Positions 24,584-32,998 of a stretch of DNA of 64,000 nucleotides are shown here, in pieces (the first letter of the stretch is position 1; every line of letters starts with the position of its first letter). Below the pieces are notes generated by a model that was given only the letters and a program-made list of their open reading frames with translations, ran no database searches and was not told where the DNA came from. The position numbers and the translations under genes were made by a program. Origin of the DNA: Paracoccaceae bacterium (GTDB lineage: Bacteria; Pseudomonadota; Alphaproteobacteria; Rhodobacterales; Rhodobacteraceae); contig JAHDXW010000013.1 in assembly GCA_023383015.1 (NCBI GenBank), positions 25,281 through 89,280 of the forward strand. The letters are read 5' to 3'.

Positions 24584-25158
24584 GCCTCGACCCAGGTCAC
24601 GATGCGGGCAAGGTCGGGGCGCGGACGGTCCTGCGGTGCGGCGGTGGCGGTGCCGATGTGGACCAGCCCCGCCACCCGCTCGGCGGGGCCAAGCCCCAGC
24701 CCCTCGGCGCGGAAGACCGCGTCATAGACCGGCCAGCCGGTCAGCCAGGCCGCCCCCCAGCCCGCCGCCAGCGCGGCATTGAGCAGCCCGAGGCAGACGG
24801 CGCCCGCCGACAGCGTCTGCTCGATCGCCGGGATGCGGTCGTCGGGCCGCGGCACCGCGATCACCGCCACCGCAAGGCCGGCCTCGGCATATTGCGCCAC
24901 CCCCTTGGCGATGCGCTCGGGCTCGATCCCGAGGTCCGCCCCGCGCGCGGCGGCCAGCCCGGCCAGGCGTTCCAGCGCCGGCCGCGCCAGCACCATGAAG
25001 CGCCATGGCTCCAGCTTGCCGTGATCGGGGGCGCGGGCGGCGGCGGTCAGCAGCACGCCGAGTTCCTCGCGGTTAGGCACCGGCAGTCCCAGCGTGCGCG
25101 CCGGATGCGACCGGCGGGCAAGCAGGAAGCTCATCGCGGCGGTATTGACGTGGGGCAT
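24580..25158 (-). CDS. nitroreductase family protein
   Basis: C-terminal 192 aa of ORF 24580..25569(-), starting at ATG 25158. RRSHPARTL...APDHGKLEPWRF matches the nitroreductase fold. Confidence 0.85.
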   Translation of the reverse strand: MPHVNTAAMSFLLARRSHPARTLGLPVPNREELGVLLTAAARAPDHGKLEPWRFMVLARPALERLAGLAAARGADLGIEPERIAKGVAQYAEAGLAVAVIAVPRPDDRIPAIEQTLSAGAVCLGLLNAALAAGWGAAWLTGWPVYDAVFRAEGLGLGPAERVAGLVHIGTATAAPQDRPRPDLARIVTWVEA

Positions 25159-25279
25159 GGCGTCTCCTGCAGGCGGGGCGGCGCGACGGATGTCGGGGAT
25201 CGCGCGGCCGCGGTCAAGCCGTGCCGCGCACCGGCCCCGCCGGCTTGCGCCCGCTGGCCCCGCCGGGGTAGGTCGGCGC

Positions 25280-25759
25280 ATGCAGCCCCGCATCACCCGC
25301 CGCGCCCTCGGCGCGCTCCTCCTCGCCCTGCCGCTCGCCGCCTGCGGCCGGCCGCGCCGCGCCGCCGCGCCGGCCCCCGGGCACGGCGACCTCAATCCCA
25401 ACGAGACGCCCGAACTCCGCCGGCTGATCGAGGCGGCATCGCGCGACTCCGGCCTGCCGCTGGCGCTGGTCCAGCGGGTCGTGGCCGAGGAAAGCCGCCA
25501 CCGGCCCGAGGCGCGCAACGGCCCGAACTGGGGGCTGATGCAGATCCGCGCCGACACCGCGCGCAGCATGGGCTACCGCGGCCCGCCCGGAGGGCTGCTC
25601 GATGCCGCCACCAACCTGCGCTACGGCACCCGCTACCTGCGCGGCGCCTGGATCGTGGCCCGCCACAACCCCGACCGGGCGGTGATGTGGTACCGCCGCG
25701 GCTACTACTACGAGGCCCGGCGCCGGGGCCTCCTGCGCGAGGTCGGGCTGGCCGGCTGA
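25280..25759 (+). CDS. lytic transglycosylase domain lipoprotein
   Basis: ATG at 25280 within ORF 25094..25759(+). Lipobox LPLAAC. SLT-type catalytic block VVAEES...GLMQI. Confidence 0.8.
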   Translation: MQPRITRRALGALLLALPLAACGRPRRAAAPAPGHGDLNPNETPELRRLIEAASRDSGLPLALVQRVVAEESRHRPEARNGPNWGLMQIRADTARSMGYRGPPGGLLDAATNLRYGTRYLRGAWIVARHNPDRAVMWYRRGYYYEARRRGLLREVGLAG

Positions 25760-25766
25760 GCGCGCC

Positions 25767-26870
25767 TCACAGGCCGTGCAGCCGCGCCATGCGGTCCAGA
25801 CGGGCGCCGACGAAGGCGTCGAAGTCGGCGTCGGGCTGGCGGGCGGCCAGCGTCGCGGCCAGCGGGTCGGGCGCGGCGATGGCGCTGCCGGCCAGGGTGG
25901 CGATCACCGCATGGCCGCAGAACGGCACGTAGACCTCCGAATAGCCGCCCTCGTGGACAAGCGCGAGCCGCCCGCCGCACAGGCGCGCGGCCGCCCCCAT
26001 CACCTGCGCGGTCATCGCCCCGAACGTCGCGGCGGTGGCCAGCATCCGGCCGAGCGGGTCGACCGCGGCGGCGTCGTAGCCGCAGGCGACGACGATCGCG
26101 TCGGGGCCGAAGCGGTCCAGCGCCGGCAGCACGATCCGCTCCATCGCCATCAGATAGCCGGCATGGCCGGTGCCCGGCGGCAGCGGCAGGTTGACGTTGA
26201 AGCCGAACCCGGCGCCGCGGCCGCGGTCGCTTGCCGCACCGCTGTCGGTGGGGTAGTTCCGGTCCTGATGCAGCGAGACGGTCAGCACGTCGTCGCGGTC
26301 ATGGAAAATCGCCTCGGTGCCGTTGCCGTGATGCACGTCCCAGTCGACCACGGCGATCCGCCGGGCCAGCCCCGCGGCCAGCGCCGCCTCCACCGCGATG
26401 GCGATGTTGGCCAGCAGGCAGAAGCCGTTCGGCCCCGCGGGCAGGCAATGATGCCCCGGCGGGCGGGTCAGCGCATAGGCGTTCTGCACCCGCCCCTGCA
26501 GCACCGCCGCCAGCGCCGCCTTGGCCAGCCCCGCCGACAGCGCAGCGATCTCGTAGCCGCCCGCGCCGAAGGGTGCCCGCGGGCCAAGCTCTCCCCCGCC
26601 CGCATCCGACAGCGCCTTGAATCGCTCGAGGTAGGCCTCGGGATGGACGCGGGCGAGATCCTCGCGCGTGGCCGGCGGGGCGCTGCCGGCGGCCAGCGTG
26701 TCGGTCAGTCCGGTGACGTCCATCAGGTTCTTCAGCCGCCGCTTGGTCTCGGGCGCCTCCGGCAGCCCGCCGGCGACCGGCTGCACCAGCCCGCCCGCGG
26801 GCAGCGTGAAGGCATAGTTGCCGCCGGCGTGCCAGAAGCAGCGCTCGTCCCACAGGAATGCCGTCCCCAT
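25767..26870 (-). CDS. histone deacetylase family amidohydrolase (acetylpolyamine/acetoin-utilisation type)
   Basis: 367 aa from ATG 26870 within ORF 25767..27245(-). Carries RPPGHH, DWDVHHGNGT and the GGY motif. Confidence 0.9.
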   Translation of the reverse strand: MGTAFLWDERCFWHAGGNYAFTLPAGGLVQPVAGGLPEAPETKRRLKNLMDVTGLTDTLAAGSAPPATREDLARVHPEAYLERFKALSDAGGGELGPRAPFGAGGYEIAALSAGLAKAALAAVLQGRVQNAYALTRPPGHHCLPAGPNGFCLLANIAIAVEAALAAGLARRIAVVDWDVHHGNGTEAIFHDRDDVLTVSLHQDRNYPTDSGAASDRGRGAGFGFNVNLPLPPGTGHAGYLMAMERIVLPALDRFGPDAIVVACGYDAAAVDPLGRMLATAATFGAMTAQVMGAAARLCGGRLALVHEGGYSEVYVPFCGHAVIATLAGSAIAAPDPLAATLAARQPDADFDAFVGARLDRMARLHGL

Positions 26871-26885
26871 CGCGACCCTTTCGTC

Positions 26886-27197
26886 TTGCCAAGCGCGCCG
26901 GGCCTGCCAGTCTGGGGTGGCCTCTGCCGGAGACCCGCCCTGACCGCGCCCAGCCTTTCCCATCTCGCCCGCCCGGGCGCCACCGTCGCCGTGCGTGTCA
27001 CCCCGCGCGCCGCGCGTGAGGCGCTGGTGGCCACGGACGAGGGGATCCGCATCTACGTCACCGCCCCGCCCGAGGGCGGGCGGGCGACCGAGGCGGCACG
27101 GGCGCTGCTGGCCCGGGCGCTCGGGCTGGCGCCCTCGCGGCTTGAGCTGTTGCGCGGGGTGGCCAGCCGCGACAAGGTGTTCCGCATCAGCGGCTGA
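26886..27197 (+). CDS. DUF167 (YggU-like) family protein
   Basis: Tail of ORF 25776..27197(+). VAVRVTPRAAREALV...IRIYVTAPPEGGRATEAARALLARALGL...SRDKVFRI matches DUF167. The start is uncertain: TTG 26886, CTG 26940 (preceded by GGAGA), or GTG 26991, which would truncate the first strand. Confidence 0.65.
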   Translation: MPSAPGLPVWGGLCRRPALTAPSLSHLARPGATVAVRVTPRAAREALVATDEGIRIYVTAPPEGGRATEAARALLARALGLAPSRLELLRGVASRDKVFRISG

Positions 27198-27432
27198 CGG
27201 GGCGGCGGCGGTAGACGCCTTCGGGCAGGTCCAGCGCCGCGGCAAGGTCGCGCAGCTGCGACATCGACAGGGTCACGCGCGCGGTGGAGTCGGTCTCGGG
27301 GTCGTACTGCTCCACGCTGACCCGGTCCTCGTAGGCATGCACCACCACATCCTCGCCCAGCCGGCCGCCGCCCTCGTCGACAAGGGTGATGACCGTGCGG
27401 TCGAACTCGTGCTCGATGGTGAACATGCGCAT
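27187..27432 (-). CDS. conserved hypothetical small acidic protein
   Basis: 81 aa from ATG 27432 (MRMFTIEHEFDRTVITLVDEGGG...SMSQLRDLAAALDLPEGVY). I recall near-identical N-termini (MFTIEHEFD.TVITLVDE) in other Rhodobacterales. No assigned function. Confidence 0.55.
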   Translation of the reverse strand: MRMFTIEHEFDRTVITLVDEGGGRLGEDVVVHAYEDRVSVEQYDPETDSTARVTLSMSQLRDLAAALDLPEGVYRRRPVSR

Positions 27433-27582
27433 CAGGATAGCCCGCTTCGGCGCCGGCGCAAAGCTGCCGGCGCGCGGCCGCCTGCCCGGGCGGGATTGAT
27501 CTGGATCATGGCCGTCCCGCCGCCGGGTCGGGCAGCCTTGGCTCCGGTCCGGCCGCGACGCGGCCAGTGAAGGGGGTAGGCC

Positions 27583-27840
27583 ATGTTCGGGACGACCAGG
27601 CTCGATCGCCACGGCGCGCTGATGACGCGATTGGCCGGGGCCGTGGGTGCCGATCTCGCCCACGCGGTCAGCGACGGCCGGCTCGGCGCGCCCGACCTGC
27701 GGACGGCGCTGCTCGGCTGCACCGCCTGCGCCAACGCCGGCGCCTGCGAGGACTGGCTCGACGAGCATCCCCGCGGCGCCGGCGCCGCCCCCGGCTTCTG
27801 CCGCAACCGCGAACTGCTCGAGCGGCTCGCCGGGCGCTAG
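27583..27840 (+). CDS. DUF6455-like small Cys-rich protein, copy 1
   Basis: 85-aa ORF preceded by GAAGGGGG. Aligns without gaps to the ORF at 29206..29463. Four conserved Cys (C-x2-C-x5-C ... G[FY]CRNR). Confidence 0.65.
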   Translation: MFGTTRLDRHGALMTRLAGAVGADLAHAVSDGRLGAPDLRTALLGCTACANAGACEDWLDEHPRGAGAAPGFCRNRELLERLAGR

Positions 27841-27912
27841 CGGCGGACAGCGCCCTGCGGACGGGGGTGTCTCCCGGCCGGAATTGATCGAAGCGGATAG
27901 GAGGATCGTTCC

Positions 27913-28524
27913 ATGCGTGCCCTGCTCTGTTCTGCCGCGATCGCCGCGGCCGGTGCCACCGGCGCCGTGGCACAGTCGGTGTTCGACGGTCCCTATGTCG
28001 GCCTCTCGGCCGGTTACGGCATGGGCGAGGTGTCGTCCTTCGCGGCCTCCGGGCCCGACCCCGCGGGCTTCGCCGGCGGCGTCTTCGCCGGCTTCAACGC
28101 CAGCCGCGGCGCGATGCTCTACGGTGCCGAGATCGGCGCGAGCCTCGGCAGCGTCAGCGACCGCTCGGCCTGCATCAACCCCACCTGGACCTGCTCGGCC
28201 GAGGTCGCGTGGGTGGGCACGATCCGCGGCCGGCTCGGCGTGGTGCAGGGCAACACCCTCTTCTACGCCACGGCAGGCTTCGCCGCTGCCGACGCGACGC
28301 TGGCCACCCGCAACAGCAGCGGCACGCGATTCCCCGATTCGCAGACCGTCACCGGCTGGGTCGCGGGGCTCGGCATCGAGGGCCGGCTCGCCGGCCGCAA
28401 TACCGGCTGGCGGGTGGAGTACCTGCACCACGACTTCGGCCGCCAGACCTTTGCCACCGACGTTCCCTACCGCGCGCGCCTCAGCTATGGCGAGCTCCGC
28501 GTCGGCATCGTGATGGGCTTCTGA
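27913..28524 (+). CDS. outer membrane beta-barrel protein (Omp25/OmpA-like barrel family)
   Basis: 203 aa. Signal peptide ends AVAQS. Alternating-hydrophobic strands, YVGLSAGYG near the N-terminus, and a C-terminal aromatic residue (IVMGF). Confidence 0.8.
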   Translation: MRALLCSAAIAAAGATGAVAQSVFDGPYVGLSAGYGMGEVSSFAASGPDPAGFAGGVFAGFNASRGAMLYGAEIGASLGSVSDRSACINPTWTCSAEVAWVGTIRGRLGVVQGNTLFYATAGFAAADATLATRNSSGTRFPDSQTVTGWVAGLGIEGRLAGRNTGWRVEYLHHDFGRQTFATDVPYRARLSYGELRVGIVMGF

Positions 28525-28540
28525 CCGCAGCCGCGGGGCC

Positions 28541-28855
28541 TCAGCCCCGCGTCTCCGCCTCCACCCAGGCGGCATAGTCCGCGCTCGCCCGCAGCGGGAC
28601 CGCCAGGATCGCCGGCAGTCGGTAGGGATGGCTGGCACGGACCGCCGCCACGAGGGGCGCGAACAGCGCCGCCCGCGTCTTCAGCCGCAGCATCACCTCG
28701 GCCTCCTCGACGATCTGCCCCTCCCAGCGGTAGATGCTGCGCACCTGCGCGCCGACGTTGGCGCAGGCCGCGAGCCGCGCCTCCACGAGGGCGCGTCCGA
28801 TCCGCGCCGCCGTCGCCGCATCGGGGCAGGAGACCTCGACCTCGAGCAGTTCCAT
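28541..28855 (-). CDS. cutA: divalent-cation tolerance protein CutA
   Basis: 104 aa from ATG 28855 within ORF 28541..28969(-). ACANV...SIYRWEG...E..MLLKT...HPY..P is the CutA1 signature. Confidence 0.85.
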   Translation of the reverse strand: MELLEVEVSCPDAATAARIGRALVEARLAACANVGAQVRSIYRWEGQIVEEAEVMLRLKTRAALFAPLVAAVRASHPYRLPAILAVPLRASADYAAWVEAETRG

Positions 28856-29205
28856 CGCCACCTCCGCCCGGCCCGCCCCTGACATCGGCGGCCGGGCCCG
28901 GCCCGTCAAGGGCCGCTTCCCGCTCCGGCGGCGGGCCCTTGGCGTGCCGCTCCTGCATACACGCTGCATGCTCGTCGCCCGCGCCGGCCCGCCGGCACCC
29001 CGGACCGGCCGGGCGCGCCTGCCCCCGGCGGACGCTGCCGGCGCCGGTCCAAACCAGCCGCGGGCCTGAAGAAATGTCGCATGGCGCGATGCTGCGGCAG
29101 AGGTTAATGTTTCCGCCGTTGTCCGAGCACCGGGCTGCCTCGACCGGGGCGCGCACCGTCCGACCCTTGTGAACGCCGGTCGGTATACACAACGCGGGGC
29201 TCGCC

Positions 29206-29463
29206 ATGTTCGACACGGAACGACGCATCCATCACAGCGTACTCATGGGCCGCATGGCCGAGGCCGCCGGTGCCGACCTCGGCGCCGCGCTCGCCGACGG
29301 CCGGCTGTCGGTGCCCGACCTCGTGGCCATGCTCGGCCGCTGCATGGGCTGCCAGGCGGCTCCCGAGTGCGAGGTCTGGCTCGACTACAACCCGGTCCGC
29401 GCTCCCGCGCTGCCGGGCTACTGCCGCAACCGCGACCGGCTGGCCGGGCTCGCGGCCTGCTGA
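29206..29463 (+). CDS. DUF6455-like small Cys-rich protein, copy 2
   Basis: 85-aa ORF, paralog of 27583..27840, with the same Cys spacing and GYCRNR motif. Confidence 0.65.
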   Translation: MFDTERRIHHSVLMGRMAEAAGADLGAALADGRLSVPDLVAMLGRCMGCQAAPECEVWLDYNPVRAPALPGYCRNRDRLAGLAAC

Positions 29464-29535
29464 GGCTGCCGCGGCCCGCCGCGCCGGGCGGCCGGCTTGC
29501 CGGCCCCGGTCCCATCCGCTAAGCCGGCCGCGGCG

Positions 29536-31056
29536 ATGACGGGGGGCCGCGGCATGGACGGCGAGGGCAAGGTGAAGGCGGCGCGCCGCCCGCGGGCCGA
29601 GACGCCCAGGGGCTTTCGCGACTACTTCGGGGCCGAGGTGAGCGAGCGCAGTGCGATGCTCGACGCCATCGCCGCGGTCTACCACGCCCACGGCTTCGAC
29701 CCGCTCGAGACCTCGGCGGTGGAGACGGTCGAGGCGCTGGGCAAGTTCCTGCCCGACGTCGACCGCCCCAACGCCGGCGTCTTCGCCTGGCAGGACGAGG
29801 GCGGCGACTGGCTCGCCCTGCGCTACGACCTGACCGCGCCGCTCGCCCGCGTCGTCGCGCAGTTCCGCGCCGACCTTCCCCAGCCCTACCGCCGCTACGC
29901 CATGGGCCCGGTCTGGCGCAACGAGAAGCCCGGGCCGGGCCGCTTCCGCCAGTTCTGGCAGTGCGATGCCGACACGGTGGGCGCGGCCTCGGTCGCCGCC
30001 GATGCCGAGATCGTGGCCATGCTGGCCGAGGCGCTGGAGGCCGCCGGCATCGCCCGCGGCGACTACCGGCTGCGGATCAACAACCGCAAGGTGCTGAACG
30101 GGGTGATGGAGGCCGCGGGCGTGCTCGACCCCGCCGACCCCGCCCGCTTCGCCGCCGAGCGCGGGGTGGTGCTGCGCGCCATCGACAAGCTCGACCGGCT
30201 GGGCGAGGAGGGGGTGCGGGCGCTTCTCGGTGCCGGCCGGCGCGACGAGTCGGGCGACTTCACGCCGGGCGCCGGGCTCTCCGGCGACCAGGCCGCAATC
30301 GTCATGGGCTTCCTTGCCGCCAAGGGGTCCGACGGGGCGGTCACGCTCGCCCGGCTGGCCGGGCTCGTCGGCAGTTCGTCCACCGGTGCCGAGGGGGTGG
30401 CCGAACTGGCCGAGATCGCCGCTCTTCTGGGCGCCCGGGGGATCGGCGAGGACCGCGCCGAGATCGACCCCTCGGTGGTCCGCGGCCTCGGCTACTACAC
30501 CGGCCCGGTCTGCGAAGCCGAGCTGACCTTCGAGGTTCTCGACGAGAAGGGCCGCCCGCGCCAGTTCGGCTCGGTCGCCGGCGGCGGGCGCTACGACGAT
30601 CTCGTCCGCCGCTTCACCGGCCAGTCGGTGCCGGCGACCGGCGTCTCGATCGGCGTCGACCGGCTTTACGCCGCGCTGGCCGCGAAGGGTCGGGCAGGGC
30701 AGGGGCGGGCCGGCGGGCCGGTGGTGGTGACGGTGATGGACCGCGACCGCATGGCCGACTACTTCGCCATGGCGGCCGAGCTGCGCGCGGCGGGCATCCG
30801 CGCCGAGGTCTACCTCGGCAACCCCAGGAACTTCGGCAACCAGCTCAGATACGCCGACCGCCGCGCCGCCCCGGTGGCCGTGATCCAGGGCTCCGACGAG
30901 GCCGCGCGCGGGGTGGTGACCCTGAAGGACCTCGTCCTCGGCGCCCGCATCGCCGAAGGCGCGAGCCTCGAGGAATGGAAGGCCCGGCCGGCCCAGCAGG
31001 AGGTGGGGCGCGCCGGCCTCGTCGCCGCGGTCCGGGCGATGCTGTCGGGGCGCTGA
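29536..31056 (+). CDS. hisS: histidine--tRNA ligase
   Basis: ORF 29497..31056(+). Class II aaRS motifs ([32 protein letters not shown]). Start at ATG 29536 or 29554. Confidence 0.92.
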   Translation: MTGGRGMDGEGKVKAARRPRAETPRGFRDYFGAEVSERSAMLDAIAAVYHAHGFDPLETSAVETVEALGKFLPDVDRPNAGVFAWQDEGGDWLALRYDLTAPLARVVAQFRADLPQPYRRYAMGPVWRNEKPGPGRFRQFWQCDADTVGAASVAADAEIVAMLAEALEAAGIARGDYRLRINNRKVLNGVMEAAGVLDPADPARFAAERGVVLRAIDKLDRLGEEGVRALLGAGRRDESGDFTPGAGLSGDQAAIVMGFLAAKGSDGAVTLARLAGLVGSSSTGAEGVAELAEIAALLGARGIGEDRAEIDPSVVRGLGYYTGPVCEAELTFEVLDEKGRPRQFGSVAGGGRYDDLVRRFTGQSVPATGVSIGVDRLYAALAAKGRAGQGRAGGPVVVTVMDRDRMADYFAMAAELRAAGIRAEVYLGNPRNFGNQLRYADRRAAPVAVIQGSDEAARGVVTLKDLVLGARIAEGASLEEWKARPAQQEVGRAGLVAAVRAMLSGR

Positions 31057-31057
31057 G

Positions 31058-32161
31058 ATGGGGCCGGCGGCGGCGGCGCGCGCCGAGGGCGAGCGGCTCC
31101 TGGCCGCCTTCGCCGCCGCCGGGGCGCTGCGGGTGGAGGCGCCGGTGCTGCTGCCGGCGGCGGCGCTGATCGACCTCTGGGGCGAGGACATCCGCGGCCG
31201 CGCCTATGTCACCCGCGACCCGCTGGCCGGCGAGATGGTGCTCCGCCCCGACTTCACCGTGCCGGTGGTCGAGGCGCACATGGCCGCCGGCGCCGAGCCG
31301 GCACGCTACTGCTACCTCGGCGAGGTGTTCCGCGCCCAGGAGCGGCCATCGGAACGGCCGCGGGAGTATCTCCAGGCGGGCTTCGAGCTGTTCGACCGCA
31401 CCGACCCGGCGGCCGCCGATGCCGAGGTCTTCGCGCTGTTCGCGGGCCTGCTGGACGGGCTCGGACTGACCGCCGTCACCGGCGACATCGGCATCCTCGC
31501 GGCGGCGGTGCGCGGGCTGACGACGACGCCGGCGCGCAAGGCCGCGCTCCTGCGCCACATCTGGCGGCCGCGCCGCTTCCGCCGGCTGCTCGACCGCTTC
31601 GCCGGCCGCAGCCCCGCCCCGCCCGAGCGGGTGGCGCTGATCGCCCGGCTGTCGGGGTCCGACCCGGCCTCACTCGCCGCCGCCGCCGGCCCCCTCGTCG
31701 GGCTGCGCGGCGGGGCCGAGATCGCCCGCCGCATCGCCGCCCTCGTCGAGGACGCCGCCGCCCCGCCGATCGCCGCGCCCGAGGCCGCGCTCCTCTACGA
31801 CCTTCTCGGCCTCGCCGCCCCGGCCGGCGCCGCGCTCGCCCATCTGCGTGGCATCACGCCCCTGATGCCGGCCATCGGCCCGGCGGTCGACCGCTTCGCC
31901 GCCAGGCTGGCCGCGCTGGCCGCGCGCGGCATCGACCCCGCGGCGCTGCCGTTCGAGGCCAGCCACGGGCGCAGCACGCTCGAATACTACGACGGCTTCG
32001 TCTTCAGCCTCCACGCCGCCGATCCCGCGCTGCCCCCGGTCGCCTCGGGCGGGCGCTACGACGCGCTGACGGCGGTCCTCGGCCGCGGCCGGTCGATCCC
32101 GGCGGTGGGCGGCGTCATCCGGCCGGCGCTGGTCGCGGCGCTCAGGGAGGGGCGGGCATGA
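31058..32161 (+). CDS. hisZ: ATP phosphoribosyltransferase regulatory subunit (HisS paralog)
   Basis: 367 aa. HisRS-like core without an anticodon-binding domain (LRPDFTVPV, YCYLGEVFR, GGRYD). Sits between hisS and hisG, and its stop overlaps the hisG start (ATGA). Confidence 0.85.
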   Translation: MGPAAAARAEGERLLAAFAAAGALRVEAPVLLPAAALIDLWGEDIRGRAYVTRDPLAGEMVLRPDFTVPVVEAHMAAGAEPARYCYLGEVFRAQERPSERPREYLQAGFELFDRTDPAAADAEVFALFAGLLDGLGLTAVTGDIGILAAAVRGLTTTPARKAALLRHIWRPRRFRRLLDRFAGRSPAPPERVALIARLSGSDPASLAAAAGPLVGLRGGAEIARRIAALVEDAAAPPIAAPEAALLYDLLGLAAPAGAALAHLRGITPLMPAIGPAVDRFAARLAALAARGIDPAALPFEASHGRSTLEYYDGFVFSLHAADPALPPVASGGRYDALTAVLGRGRSIPAVGGVIRPALVAALREGRA

Positions 32162-32880
32162 CGCTCGGGCTCGGCGTGCCGTCCAAGGGCCGCCTGATGG
32201 AACAGACCTTCGACTGGTTCGCGGCCCGCGGCGTCACCCTCCGCCGCAGCGGGCAGACGCGCGAATATGCCGGCGCCGTCGACGGCGCCGAGGGCGTGCG
32301 GCTGGTGCTTATGTCGGCCGGCGAGATCCCGCGCGAGCTTGCCGCCGGGCGCATCCACCTCGGCGTGACCGGCTCGGATCTCGTGCAGGAGTCGCTGGCC
32401 GACTGGCAGGCCGAGGTCGCGGCCCTGGCGGCACTCGGCTTCGGACATGCCGACCTCGTGATCGCCGTCCCCGCAGCCTGGTTGGATGTCGAGACGCTCG
32501 ACGACCTCGACGCCGCCGCCGCCGCCTTCCGCGCCGCCCACGGCCACCGGCTGCGCATCGCCACCAAGTACCACCGCCTCGTGCGCGAGTTCCTGCGCGC
32601 CCACGACGTGGCCGACTACCAGCTCGTCGACAGCCAGGGGGCGACCGAGGGCACGGTCAAGAACGCCACCGCCGAGGCCATCGCCGACATCGCCTCGACC
32701 GGCGCGACGCTGCGCGCCAACCACCTGAGGCCGCTCGCCGACGGGCTCGTGCACGCCAGCGAGGCGACGCTCTTCGCCTCCCGCCGTGCCGACTGGTCGG
32801 CACCCGCCGCCGCCGCCTTCGCCGACCTCTCCGCGCGGCTCGGCCTTCAGCGCCTCGCTCCGCCCGGCCTCGGCGGCTGA
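32158..32880 (+). CDS. hisG: ATP phosphoribosyltransferase, short form
   Basis: 240 aa. LGVPSKGRL, LGVTGSDL and ATKY blocks are typical of HisG-S. Confidence 0.9.
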   Translation: MTLGLGVPSKGRLMEQTFDWFAARGVTLRRSGQTREYAGAVDGAEGVRLVLMSAGEIPRELAAGRIHLGVTGSDLVQESLADWQAEVAALAALGFGHADLVIAVPAAWLDVETLDDLDAAAAAFRAAHGHRLRIATKYHRLVREFLRAHDVADYQLVDSQGATEGTVKNATAEAIADIASTGATLRANHLRPLADGLVHASEATLFASRRADWSAPAAAAFADLSARLGLQRLAPPGLGG

Positions 32881-32998
32881 CGGCGCGGGGGGTTCACGGC
32901 GGCGCGAGGCTCGTCTAGTCTCGCCCCGCCAGGGGGGCCCGGAATGCCGGGGGCCGCCCCGGCCCGCGCCCGCCGGCACGGGCACTCAGGGAGGGACC

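Noticed and set aside
28856-29205. 77-aa ORF 28939..29172 and possible sRNA or ECF-type promoter in the 350-nt cutA/DUF6455 spacer
   Set aside because: The ORF has no RBS and an Arg/Pro-rich composition. I could not find a convincing GGAAC-N16-17-CGTT or sigma-70 motif with correct spacing. The spacer remains unexplained, but I cannot support a feature call.
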